Assembly (NCBI GenBank): GCA_963827655.1
Contig: CAWHCF010000006.1
Location: 267,022-331,021, forward strand
DNA length: 64,000 nt
Origin: an uncultured Acidobacteriota bacterium
GTDB lineage: Bacteria > Acidobacteriota > UBA6911
Direction of reading: 5' to 3'
Positions 1 to 10,061 of this stretch are shown one piece after another. Position numbers and translations under genes: made by a program. Numbering within the stretch: position 1 is the stretch's first letter; each line of letters starts with the position of its first letter. The notes beneath the pieces are model-generated. The model was not told where the DNA came from. It did no database searches and was given only the letters and a program-made list of their open reading frames with translations.

Positions 1-1
1 G

Positions 2-181
2 GAGTTCGGCGATCCCTGGGAATTCGTCGATTGGCAGAAGCAGCAGAGTCTTCGCAGGGTCGCCGAGGAGTTCATTGCCCGCTACGATCTGGGGCAGTAT
101 GCGTACCGATTCGATATCGTGTCGGTGGTCGCGCCGGGCACTGCGGAGGAAGAAGTCTTGCTCTTACGCAACGCTTTCTAG
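2..181 (+). CDS. YraN family protein, C-terminal part (runs off the window edge)
   Basis: Frame 2 reads EFGDPWEFVDWQKQQSLRRVAEEFIARYDLGQYAYRFDIVSV...LRNAF*, matching the YraN FG.P.E.V...KQ, RFDIV and terminal NAF pattern. Confidence 0.8.
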   Translation, partial: EFGDPWEFVDWQKQQSLRRVAEEFIARYDLGQYAYRFDIVSVVAPGTAEEEVLLLRNAF

Positions 182-234
182 AGTCTGGTCTTTTTCTTGT
201 GTCCTTGCGCCTCGGCGCTGAGGCTCAAAATCGT

Positions 235-263
235 TTGACCCCAATTTTTGGCTTTGTTAATAT
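235..263 (+). promoter_or_regulatory. sigma70-type promoter for tRNA-Gly
   Basis: TTGACC, 17-bp spacer, TAATAT with an extended TG, ending 24 bp upstream of the tRNA. Confidence 0.6.
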
Positions 264-286
264 CCACTCGCTTAAAACCAGTGGGA

Positions 287-361
<75 letters not shown>

Positions 362-469
362 AACAAACCAAATAATCCCAACAATTTATAGAGAATCCAT
401 GAGAAACCGCGGATTCGCGTTGCCAGGGTGCGCCTGGGGTGCGGATTTGCCGTTGCGTCCGGGCAGGAT

Positions 470-995
470 ATTGACGAACCCCCGGTTCGCTCCAGGCAGC
501 AGCCTTCCATACCGCTTGACGGTCATCTCGTGTCGCCTTGCTATGGTGAGAGATAACTCCGCTGGACCTTGATGAATTTGCTATACCCCAGTCGATGTCG
601 CCCGACTCCAGGCCAGCGAGCGGAGGAGCGGAGTCGGACCTTTCCCCGCATAGATTCACGGATCGGTACGAGGTGGACGATCAGCTCGGTTTTCAGCTCG
701 GGAACCTGGATTCGGATCGATCGGTTCAGCATGGCCTGCAGTTGCTGCCGTCTGCGTTGCGCACTCTCACCCGGCCTGAGCTGCCGGAGAAATGGCCGTG
801 CACAATTGAATGAATCGGTCGAGTCGATGATCGCCGCCTCCAGTCGCAGTGGAGCGGAATCGATCCTCCCGCATAGATCTCACGGATCAGTTGGACGTCG
901 CTCTTTCAGTCGGGAACCTGGGTTCGGATCGATCGGTTCAGCATGGCCTGCAGTTGCTGCCGTCTGCGTTCTGCACTCTCACCCGGCCTGAGCCG
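470..995 (-). pseudogene. Degraded ADOP/MacB-type ABC permease fragment with internal duplication
   Basis: Minus strand reads LRPGESAQRRRQQLQAMLNRSIRIQVPELKTELIVHLVPIRESMRGKVR, resembling the permease RLKPG..A..L..P LRE..G.VR segment; many indels. Confidence 0.45.
625..993. repeat. Imperfect tandem duplication (about 625-781 and 851-993)
   Basis: Both copies share cgggaacctgg.ttcggatcgatcggttcagcatggcctgcagttgctgccgtctgcgtt..gcactctcacccggcctgagc. Confidence 0.9.
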
Positions 996-997
996 CA

Positions 998-1117
998 GGC
1001 GCAATGGCAGATCGCCGCCACAAGCTCTCGTCGAGGAAAGCCTCCCGCTCGGTCAACCGAGCGGTCCAGCGCGGCATTGAAAATCTCTTTGACTTGTTTT
1101 CAGCGTTCGGGGGTCAT
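998..1117 (-). pseudogene. Truncated copy of the Ser/Thr kinase 5' end
   Basis: Near-identical to 3864-3981 (MTPERWKQVKEIFNAALDRS...), with TGG changed to TGA at codon 6. Confidence 0.8.
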
Positions 1118-1147
1118 CTGGCTCACTTCTCGCTCTGCCCATCAGCT

Positions 1148-3981
1148 TTACTTGACCTTTGCCGCCGCCTGGAACTTCGCGAGATTGGTTTCAAGCTCAC
1201 GGCGCACAAGCGAGTTGGCTTTCAGCAATGCGATAGCCTTCTGTTCCGTTTCGAGTGCGCGCGCGTGATCGCCGGTCAAGTGACAAGCCAGCGCGAGTGT
1301 GTCCAGGATCTTGGGAGCATTTCCTTTAGTCATCTCGACCGCGCGCCTGGCGTGCGGTAACGCGGCTGCCGGATCGCGAAGATCGGATGGCTCAGAAGTC
1401 AGCAAGGCCCAGGCATAGCTGTTGAGGTCATTCGCGGTCGCTGCGGGCTGCTCGGCCTGCGCCTTCTGAATGCTCAAAGCGCGAAGCGCCAGGCGGCGCG
1501 CCTCCGCCGGTTGCCCGGTTTGCGCCAACAGCCTGGCAAGCGGATGCAGCGTTTCAGCCACGTCTGATTGCAAATACGTGTTCATCGGATCAGCCGCTCC
1601 CAGCGTCTCAAAGATCGCCAGTCCCTTGCGGTAATAGGCCAGCGCCCCGGCCGTGTCCTGGGTCTGGGCCAGGTGCGTGCCGCGGCATCTGTAGCTGATC
1701 GCAAGATCTCGGCGGGCAAGCATATTGGTCGGATCTGCGGCGGACATGGCCTCAAGGATGTCCACCGCTTTGCGGGATTCTCCAGAAGCTCCGACGGCAT
1801 CGCCGGTCTTTGCCAGGATGAGTCCGATCTTGTCGTAGAGCACCGCCAGGTGGCGGCGGTAATTGCCGTTCGACGGATCGGTCGCGAGCAACGTTTCCGT
1901 GATCGTGTGCGATTGTTTGTAATACTCGATCGCTCCCGCCGTGTCGCCAGTCAGTTCGAGCGCATCGGCAATCCGTTCGTGGCTGAGGTAAACATAGCGG
2001 CGCGCCTGCGCATTCTTCGGGTCACGCATAGCCAATGCTTCAGCCACTGCCATCGACTTGCGGAAATAATCCAAGGCCTGGTCTGTCTCACCGAGGCTGG
2101 GGAAATTAGGATTGCCCAGGTCGTCCCCGAGCTTGAGGTAGCATCGCGCCAGATTGATCTGCTCTTGTCCATCGGCGGGATTGGCTTTGGCCAGCGCTTC
2201 GAAGATAGGCAACGCCTGAAGCCGGCTCTTGATCGCTTCAGCGGTACGGCCGGTCACGGCCAGCACGTCGCCAATCTTGTTGCAACTGAGCGCGAGGACG
2301 CGGCGGAAATTCAGCGTCGTCCGGAATGCGCCCGGAGAGCGCTTCAGCAATCGCCTTCGCTTTATGGTAGCTTTGCAGCGCTCCGGCGGTACTGCCCAGG
2401 TTGGCATTGTTCGGATTGCCTTGCACGTCGCCGACTTTGAGGTAAGCCTCGGCCAGCTCCAGTTGCAGCGAGGGATTATCGCCCGCCTCCTTGTTCACGC
2501 CGTCCAGATAGTCCAATGCTCCCTTGACCATCGACTCACGCGCTGGTGTAGACCCCGCCAGCTTCTCAACCTGATCGTGCAACTTGTAGATTAACAGGTT
2601 GGCCAGCTTCCGTCCCTCTTCAGAGCGTCGCTCGGCTCGCGCTCGCTGATCCTTGGCGACCTGAGCCTGCCAGGACGTGGTCATGACACCAGCCAGCAGA
2701 CTCACCCCTACTACCGCGGCGGCGGCCACACTCGCCTTGTGCCGCGCGATGAATTTCTCCGCGCGATAACCGAAACTATCTTTGCGCGCCACCACCGGCA
2801 GTCCTTCCAGATGCCGGCGAATGTCTTCTGAAAGCTGATTGACCGTGGCATAACGCCGCTGCGGCTCTTTGCGCACCGCCATCAAGACTATGTTGTCAAT
2901 GTCGCCGTGGAGGCGGCGGCGCAATTTTTCGGGCTGGCCTTCGCGCGTCCGGCTGACGATTTCAGGAGTGAGCGAGACCTGAGTCGCGCCATCGGCGCTG
3001 GTGGTCGTCTCGACTCGATTGATGACGGTGCTCGGCTTCTCCGGCTCTTCTTCGCAGACGGTGCGCAAGTTCTCGTGCGGCAAGGGGCTCGTCAGCCGAT
3101 AGGGACGATGGCCGGTCAGCAGCTCATAAAGCACGATGCCGATTGAATAAACATCACTGGCCGTCGTCACCGGCTCGCCGCGGACTTGTTCGGGGCTTGC
3201 GTACTCTGGCGTCATCAACTGCAGCGCCGTCGCCGTCGGGTCTATCGTCTGTGCGGACAACTCCGGGTTGAGCAGCTTGGCAATGCCGAAGTCGAGCAGC
3301 TTGGGCGTGCCATCCGCTGTGATCAGAATATTGCTCGGCTTGAGATCACGATGCACCACCAGGTTCTGGTGAGCGCAGTGGACCGCCGAGCAGACCTGAC
3401 GAATGAGTCTGAGCCGTTCGGCGATGGTCAGCTTATGCGTGTCGCTGTAGTTGGTGATCGGCTTGCCCTCGACGTATTCCATCGCGAAGTAAGGCAATCC
3501 GTCTTCCGTCGTACCGCCATCGAGCAGTTGGGCAATGCAGGGATGATTGAGGCTCGCCAGAATCTGCCGCTCGTGGCGGAAGCGGCGCAGGATGTCTTTC
3601 GTGTCCATCCCGCGCCTGACTAGCTTAAGCGCAACCCGCTTCTGATATTGATCATCGGCCCGCACCGCCAGGTAAACCGCGCCCATCCCGCCTCGCCCGA
3701 TTTCGCGGACGAGTTTGTAAGCGCCGACCTGCCGCCCGATCATGGAGTAGGGCTGCAGCGCTGATGGCTTCGTCAGCTGGAAGCGAATCGCGGGACGGGG
3801 CGGCGGGAGTTTCCATGAAGTCGCCGGCCTGTTCGTAGCGGTTGATAAAGTGTTCGACCTGTTGGCGCAGTGACAGATCGCCGCCACAAGCTTCGTCGAG
3901 GAAAGTCTCCCGCTCGTCAACCGAGCGGTCCAGCGCGGCGTTGAAGATCTCTTTGACTTGTTTCCAGCGTTCGGGAGTCAT
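1148..3981 (-). CDS. Hanks-type Ser/Thr kinase with TM helix and TPR repeats (frameshifts near 2330 and 3745)
   Basis: GRGGMGAVY, VALK, HRDLKPSN, DFG, MTPEYASPE motifs; N-terminal MTPERW; TPR C-terminus in ORF 1148-2407. Confidence 0.92.
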
Positions 3982-3993
3982 GCCATTCACTGA

Positions 3994-4557
3994 TCACGAT
4001 TGCTTGCTTAATTCGTCGTAAAGCCATGCTTTAGCCATTCTCCACTCGCGGACCACCGTCGCCCGGCTGACACCCAGGACTTCAGCCGTCTCTTCCAGCG
4101 TCATTCCGCCGAAATATTTCAACTCCACGACGCGGCTCTGTTGGAGATCGAGTTCGGCCAATGTTTTCAGCGCTTCATCAAGCGCCACCAGTTGATCGGC
4201 GCGCTGGTGCGTAACGTCAATCGCTTCATCGAGCGAGACCGCCAGACCGGAGCCGCGTTTTTCGGCCATCCGCGCCCGGGCATGATCCACGAGAATGCGC
4301 CGCATCGCCTGGGCCGCGATGCCGAAAAAGTGTGCGCGGTTCTGCCAACGTACGTTCTGCTGATCTATCAACCTGAGGTAAGCCTCGTGCGCCAACGCCG
4401 TCGGTTGCAGCGTGTAACCGGCGCGCTCTCGCCGCAGATAGCTCTCCGCGAGTTTCTTCATTTCCCGATAGACCAGCGGGGTGAGCTCCTCGAGGGCCTC
4501 CCGGTCTCCGTTGCTCCACGCGAGCAACAGTTGAGTAATGTCCGTAGAACTCTCCAT
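3994..4557 (-). CDS. ECF sigma factor, kinase-associated (TIGR02999/ECF43-like)
   Basis: [62 protein letters not shown]; directly upstream of the kinase. Confidence 0.93.
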   Translation of the reverse strand: MESSTDITQLLLAWSNGDREALEELTPLVYREMKKLAESYLRRERAGYTLQPTALAHEAYLRLIDQQNVRWQNRAHFFGIAAQAMRRILVDHARARMAEKRGSGLAVSLDEAIDVTHQRADQLVALDEALKTLAELDLQQSRVVELKYFGGMTLEETAEVLGVSRATVVREWRMAKAWLYDELSKQS

Positions 4558-4730
4558 ACGATTGTCAGATTGCAGACGACGGGTGAGCCATGAAACTAAT
4601 GTGACGACAGGCGAAGCATAGAAATTGTCAGTAATTAAGTCAAGATGCCCGACTCGGCAAAAGCCGTGGCAACCTCACCGATCAAACTTTTTCCACCTGT
4701 GCAAGTAGTCTTACGAAGGGTTTGTGAAGA

Positions 4731-4795
4731 GGGAAACAAAAAGAGCAAAGGAGAACTTGTCGCCCTTTTTGCCTTTCTTGGCGGTTTTGCTTCCC
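4731..4795. repeat. Imperfect palindromic intergenic element (REP-like)
   Basis: gggaaacaaaaagagcaaag ... ctttttgcctttcttggcggttttgcttccc; a similar right arm occurs near 38685-38720. Confidence 0.4.
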
Positions 4796-5017
4796 TCCTG
4801 CACTACTTGCAACAGGTCGAGATTTTTTTCCCTCCTGCGTGATCCTGTCTCAATCCATTTTCCGCGTGTCTGGTTGAAGACGAGGCCCGGGCGCCGGCCG
4901 GCTGACGGTGGAGGCGCGGGTGACCCCGTTGCCGCCGGACAAGCGTATCCCCATTTCCGACGATCTGGTCGAGTGATGAGCGCGCAACTACAAATGAAAA
5001 CAAGAGAAGGAGAAAGT

Positions 5018-6598
5018 ATGATCAGCGGTTTTTTCAACACGCGGAAAGTTCGGATCGTGAGTGGCCTTCTGCCGATCGCATTGGCTGTCTTGGCGGTTTG
5101 CCTGATGGACCCCCTTTTTACCAGCGCCCAGGGCCGCGAACAATCGCAGGAGAAACTCCGCAAACACGCCAGCGCGAATGCTGTCGCCAATCGCTACATC
5201 GTGGTGCTCGATAACGATGCAGTCAATTTCGCCGCTCACGACACGGCGGTAGCCGAAGTCGGCGACTCGCTCGCCGCAACCCACGGAGCGCAGATCGAGA
5301 TGACTTACAAACACGCGCTTAACGGCTATGCAATGGAGATGACCGAAGCACAGGCTCTGGCGGTCAGCCGCGACCCAAGGGTCGCCTACGTTGAGGAAGA
5401 CGCTTACGTCAGCATCGAGCCAATCGCGGCTGACAACATCGCCCAGGACAACGCTGCGTGGGGCCTCGACCGGATCGATCAGCGCCGCCTCCCGCTCGAT
5501 AATAACTACGCTTATAACACCAGCGGGAAGGGAGTCAACGTCTACGTTATAGATAGTGGGATTCGGCACACGCACTGGGAATTTCAGGGCCGCGCCTTTG
5601 CCGCCTTCGATGCGGTCAACGAAAGTCAGAACACGGACGACTGCAACGGCCACGGCACCCATGTCGCCGGCACCATTGGCGGGACTACCTACGGCGTTGC
5701 CAAGGATGTACGCCTGTACGCCGTGCGCGTGCTCGGCTGCGATAACAAGGGATTTGTCTCAGGGTTCATTGCGGGTGTGGATTGGGTCACAGCCAATCAC
5801 ATCAAACCTGCGGTGGCCAACATGAGCATCGGCGCGCGCGCGTCCCAGGCTTTTGACCAGGCAGTGAAAAACTCCATCGCGGCCGGCGTGACCTATGTCG
5901 TGTCCGCTGGGAACGATACCCAGGATGCGTGTAACCAGTCCCCCGCACGCGCCGAAAACACTATCACCGTCGGGTCAACGAGCAGCTCCGATAGCCGGTC
6001 CTCATTCTCTAACTACGGGCCTTGCGTCAACATCTTTGCCCCCGGCTCAGGGATCACCTCCGCCTGGTTCACCAATGACGACGCCACAGCTGTCCTGAAC
6101 GGCACGTCAATGGCCTCTCCGCATGTGGCGGGCGCGGCGGCGCTTTACCTCGAGGCTGATCCCGAAGCCACGCCCGCGGCGGTCGGCAGCGCCATCCTCG
6201 GTAGCGCCACCGCCGATCAACTGAGCGATGTCGGACCTGGCTCGCCCAACCTTCTGCTTTTCTCGCAGCTCGGCGCCGCCGGCACTGACCCGTGCACCAA
6301 CTGCACCCGTTACACCGGCTTGCTCTTCAGCGGAGATGCAGGCCTTGAGCCAAACGGCACTTACTACGACAACGCTTCATTCGGGTATCACCAGGGCTGG
6401 CTGCGCGGTCCGGCGGGGGCCGATTTCGACCTTTCCCTCTGGAAATGGGATGGATCGCAATGGGTGGTCGTGGCGAGCTCGGAAGGCGAGAGCTCGACTG
6501 AGGAGATCTCCTACTACGGTTCGCCCGGTTATTACATCTGGCGAATCTTCTCCTACCGCGGGAACGGCTTCTACGATTTCTGGTTGCAGCAACCTTAG
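5018..6598 (+). CDS. Secreted S8 subtilase (aqualysin/proteinase K-like) with I9 prodomain and C-terminal PPC-like domain
   Basis: Catalytic triad motifs VIDSGI, HGTHVAG and [11 protein letters not shown]; signal peptide; RBS AAGGAG before ATG at 5018. Confidence 0.95.
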   Translation: MISGFFNTRKVRIVSGLLPIALAVLAVCLMDPLFTSAQGREQSQEKLRKHASANAVANRYIVVLDNDAVNFAAHDTAVAEVGDSLAATHGAQIEMTYKHALNGYAMEMTEAQALAVSRDPRVAYVEEDAYVSIEPIAADNIAQDNAAWGLDRIDQRRLPLDNNYAYNTSGKGVNVYVIDSGIRHTHWEFQGRAFAAFDAVNESQNTDDCNGHGTHVAGTIGGTTYGVAKDVRLYAVRVLGCDNKGFVSGFIAGVDWVTANHIKPAVANMSIGARASQAFDQAVKNSIAAGVTYVVSAGNDTQDACNQSPARAENTITVGSTSSSDSRSSFSNYGPCVNIFAPGSGITSAWFTNDDATAVLNGTSMASPHVAGAAALYLEADPEATPAAVGSAILGSATADQLSDVGPGSPNLLLFSQLGAAGTDPCTNCTRYTGLLFSGDAGLEPNGTYYDNASFGYHQGWLRGPAGADFDLSLWKWDGSQWVVVASSEGESSTEEISYYGSPGYYIWRIFSYRGNGFYDFWLQQP

Positions 6599-6699
6599 CC
6601 TTCGCGCCGCTCAAGGTTTACTGGCAAATATCAACGAAAAACCCTCACGAGCGCGCTCCAGGATCGGTGACTCGTGAGAAAACAATCACGGAGGGAGTT

Positions 6700-8917
6700 A
6701 TGAAAAGTCATATCCGTTATGCCACATCAGGCATGAGATCCATTCTGTTTTTGACCGTGCTGGCAGGTGGGGCCTTTCAATTAGCGTCAGCCGAACGCTC
6801 GGCTTTGACGAGCTTCGGCGCGCAACCCGTCGCTGCGCCACACTATTATGCTCGGCAGATTCAAGAATTGAGAGACGTTCAGCTTCCGCCTGCCGAAGCG
6901 CAAGATCATCTTCACTTCACGCCGCTCGAAGGCGGGTCGGTACTCGAATTCCGCGATGGGAAGGTGTCTTGCCGCGCCGCGACAGAAGAAGAGTCGCAGG
7001 CGCTGCAGCGCAACCCTGATCAGCAGTGGCGCGTGATCGGCGATGAAGCCTTCGCGCTCAACTCAACGGAGCAGGCGCAGAAGGGGTTGAAGATCATCCT
7101 GCGCGGCACGCCCCAGCTCGAACAGTTCCCGGAAGCCACGGCGGCCTTCTTGCGCGCCGCCCGCACGTGGGAATCGTTGATTCAAAATCCCATCACGGTG
7201 GTGATTGACGTGGACTTCGGGCCGACGTTCTTCGGCGAGCCGTTTGCAGACCAGTACGGTCTGACGAGATTTCAGTGGAACTTCAATGAAAACGCCTATC
7301 CCATAATTCGCTCCGCTCTGATCCGAAGCGCAGGAAGCCCGCAAGAGGCTGCGCTCTACAACTCTCTGCCGCCAGCGCAACTGCCGACAGACCTGGGCGC
7401 GGCTACGGGAATGATCTATCACGTTGCGGCGATGCGCGCGCTCGGACTGTTTCCACCTGTGGCTGATCCGGACACTGAGCGGGAGATCTTGGGCTTGCCG
7501 CCGGCCATCGCCTTCAATTCGGCCATCAGCTTCGACTTCGATCCGAGCGACGGCATCGAGCCCAATAAAATTGATTTCACTGCGGCTGCCCTGCACGAGA
7601 TCGGCCACGCGCTCGGTTTTTTCTCCGGTGCCGGTACCAAAGAAGAGTACCCCAATGTGCCGCTGACACCAGATTTGCTGGACCTGTTCCGCTTCCGTCC
7701 CGGCGTTACGCTCGAGACCTTCTCTTCCGCGCCGCGCATCCTGTCGTCGGGCGGTGAGCACGTCTTTTTCGGCGGAGGGCCGGAACTGCCGCTCTCCACG
7801 GGACGGACCGACGGCGTAGGCGGCGATGGCCGGCAGGCTGGGCATTGGAAGGATTACACGCTCGGCGGGCGTTACATCGGCATTATGGCTCCGATTTTTG
7901 GCTGGGGTCGTGCTTTTGAGATGACCGCCAATGATCGGGAGGCGTTCGAGCTGATCGGGTATCGCACGAACCCGCTGCCCAATCCCCAGGAGGCCGAGCT
8001 GAAGCTCGACGACGGGGCGGCGGACATTGGCGCGCGCGCCGATGGATTGATAGTGTATCAACCGGCTGACACCGCCGAGCTATCCGGCGACGTTGCGCAA
8101 GGTGCTTATCCTCATTCCGCCTTTCCGAGACCAGCCCGATCCAGCAGGCAAGCCGATTACGCTGATCTACGGGCACAGCAACCCGGGCGCCCAGTTGAAC
8201 CTCGTCGAGACGACCGTCCCCAGCGCCAGTAACGAACTCTTTCTTGAGTTCACGATCCCCGACGGCCCGACGATCAACGCCGGCGATTTCTACATCGGCT
8301 ATCAAGCTCCATCGCCACACCAGGGCGTAGGGTTCGCCGTTGATTTAAGCGGCACGACGGAGAATCGCAGCTTCTATTCCCTCAACAACGGCGCAAGCTT
8401 GGCGCCTCTCCCTGAGCTGTATGAAGGCAAACCGGCAAACGCCATGATCCGCGCCCTCATGTCTATTGGCGATCCCACCCCTACACCGGCGCCGCCGCCC
8501 GCGCGGGCACCGACGCCCGGCCCCGATACAGTGGCGCTGACTTCCAGCGTGCCGCAAGACGGGTATATGCCAAGATCATCGCCAAATGGCGCGGTTTTCG
8601 AAACTCAGTACACGATCGAGGTGCCGAGTGGCGCGACGCAACTCAAGATTGATCTGAATGCGAATACCGACCTGGACCTCTTCGTGCGTTTCAGCAGCCG
8701 CATCGTGGTTCAAAACGCGTTGCCGGTAGCCGATTTCAAATCGGTTTCGGACAACTATCAAGAATCGATCACCATCACGCCCGCCAGTTCGCCGGCGCTG
8801 CAGGCAGGCGTCTATTACCTCATGGTTGCGAATTACGGCCCCGGCCCGTCCACCTTTACGGTCACGGCCACAGTCAATGGCGGTTCCAATGAGGCAGGGC
8901 AAGGTGGTGAGCGCTAG
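6700..8917 (+). CDS. Secreted zinc metalloprotease (NF038122-like) with PPC domain; frameshift near 8055, C-terminus possibly truncated
   Basis: HEIGHALG zinc motif, FDFDPSDGI, DLLDLFRF, QAGHWKD; PPC-like DLDLFVRF...ESITIT. Confidence 0.82.
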
Positions 8918-9199
8918 GCCGGAAGACCCCCAGGCGCCCAGACTCAAAGCATGGAACAAAGACAATCCGAAGTTGAAATACCATCGGGAAAGTAATTTCC
9001 GGCGCGATGCCATCAGGGCGAGGAAAGGTCTTCTTGGATTGGATAAGGGGAGCGGCTCGAGAAGGCTACCCAGATCTAAGCGGCGTCGCCTTTTTTGGGG
9101 GTGCGCCCAGGGTGCGGAAGTGCGGGAGTCTTACGCGGATTTGCTGAAATCTGCGAACCAGAATCAACAACTTGCAAAGAATCAACACCGCGAATACAA

Positions 9200-9247
9200 T
9201 TGCCCAGGTTAAAGTACGCGGGGTTCAAATCTCCAAGTCTCCTGTCA
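9200..9247 (+). other. Degenerate attR: copy of the tRNA-Gly 3' half
   Basis: ttgcccaggttaaagtacgcggggttcaaatc aligns with ttgccaaggttgaagtcgcgggttcaaatc of tRNA-Gly. Confidence 0.8.
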
Positions 9248-9387
9248 TCACGGACGGGAGCTTTGAGTAAGGATTGTGAATTCAGGAATGAGGCTCCCAG
9301 GCGGCTCTGACCGAGAACGTTTCAGAAGGCCCGATTCTCCCGCGAAGCTCGACCGGTCCTGAATTTCAGATCCTGGTGTCAGTGTGC

Positions 9388-9463
9388 GGCGCCGTACCCA
9401 AGTGGCTAAGGGAGAGGTCTGCAAAACCTTTATGCAGCGGTTCGAATCCGCTCGGCGCCTCCA
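9388..9463 (+). tRNA. tRNA-Cys(GCA)
   Basis: GGCGCCG/CGGCGCC acceptor stem, anticodon loop CTGCAAA, GGTTCGAATCC, T discriminator, CCA. Confidence 0.97.
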
Positions 9464-9672
9464 GTTTCCAAAGAATCGTCGGTCCTTCAAAAAACCCAGG
9501 CCGGATCGCTCTGCCGCAAATACTTCCAGGTTGCCCATCAGCCTGTACGTGGCGGGTGCGTGAATACCCGAACACGGCTGCGCGTGTCGCCAATCCGACA
9601 CTCCGGCAAATCGGAAGTAAAGGTACCGAAGATTTAGAGACAGCAGGACAGAAAACCTTGCGTGGTTAGCGC

Positions 9673-9697
9673 TGACACAATGTTCTGCATTGTGTCA
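9673..9697. promoter_or_regulatory. Palindromic operator upstream of the antitoxin
   Basis: Perfect inverted repeat TGACACAATG-N5-CATTGTGTCA. Confidence 0.7.
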
Positions 9698-9714
9698 CAC
9701 CACGGGTGAATCCG

Positions 9715-9942
9715 ATGAGAGAACTCAGTATCCGCGAGATCAGATCCCAGTTGCCCCGCCTGGATGAGCTTCTGTCTCAGGAAGGCGAGATCCTGATTAC
9801 TCGGCGCGGCAAGCCGATCGCTCGCGTCCTCCCGGTAACGCGAGCGAAGGTGATGTCCAATCATGCAGGCTTGCGCGCGCTAATGCCGCGTCTTTCCCGT
9901 GGAAGTGAACACTACGTGCGCGCTGATCGGGACCAGAGGTGA
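9715..9942 (+). CDS. Phd/YefM family antitoxin (no adjacent toxin)
   Basis: MRELSIREIRSQLPRL...GEILITRRGKPIARVLP. Confidence 0.88.
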   Translation: MRELSIREIRSQLPRLDELLSQEGEILITRRGKPIARVLPVTRAKVMSNHAGLRALMPRLSRGSEHYVRADRDQR

Positions 9943-10061
9943 CGGCACGTATTTCCGATGAAGCAGGCAGGAAGCTGCGGCGTGCTATCCTTGATCAGCT
10001 CGGCCGATTATGACAGGTCATGCAGGAGATGATCGTGTTCGGCCATCACAAGCAATTCCCT

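Larger units (their letters stand above)
362..9247. mobile_element. Integrase-less genomic island integrated in tRNA-Gly
   Basis: Degenerate copy of the tRNA-Gly 3' half at 9200-9247; arm-like repeat GGGTGCGCC..GGGTGCGGA at 426-445 and 9099-9118; IHF consensus at 9162-9174. Confidence 0.75.
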
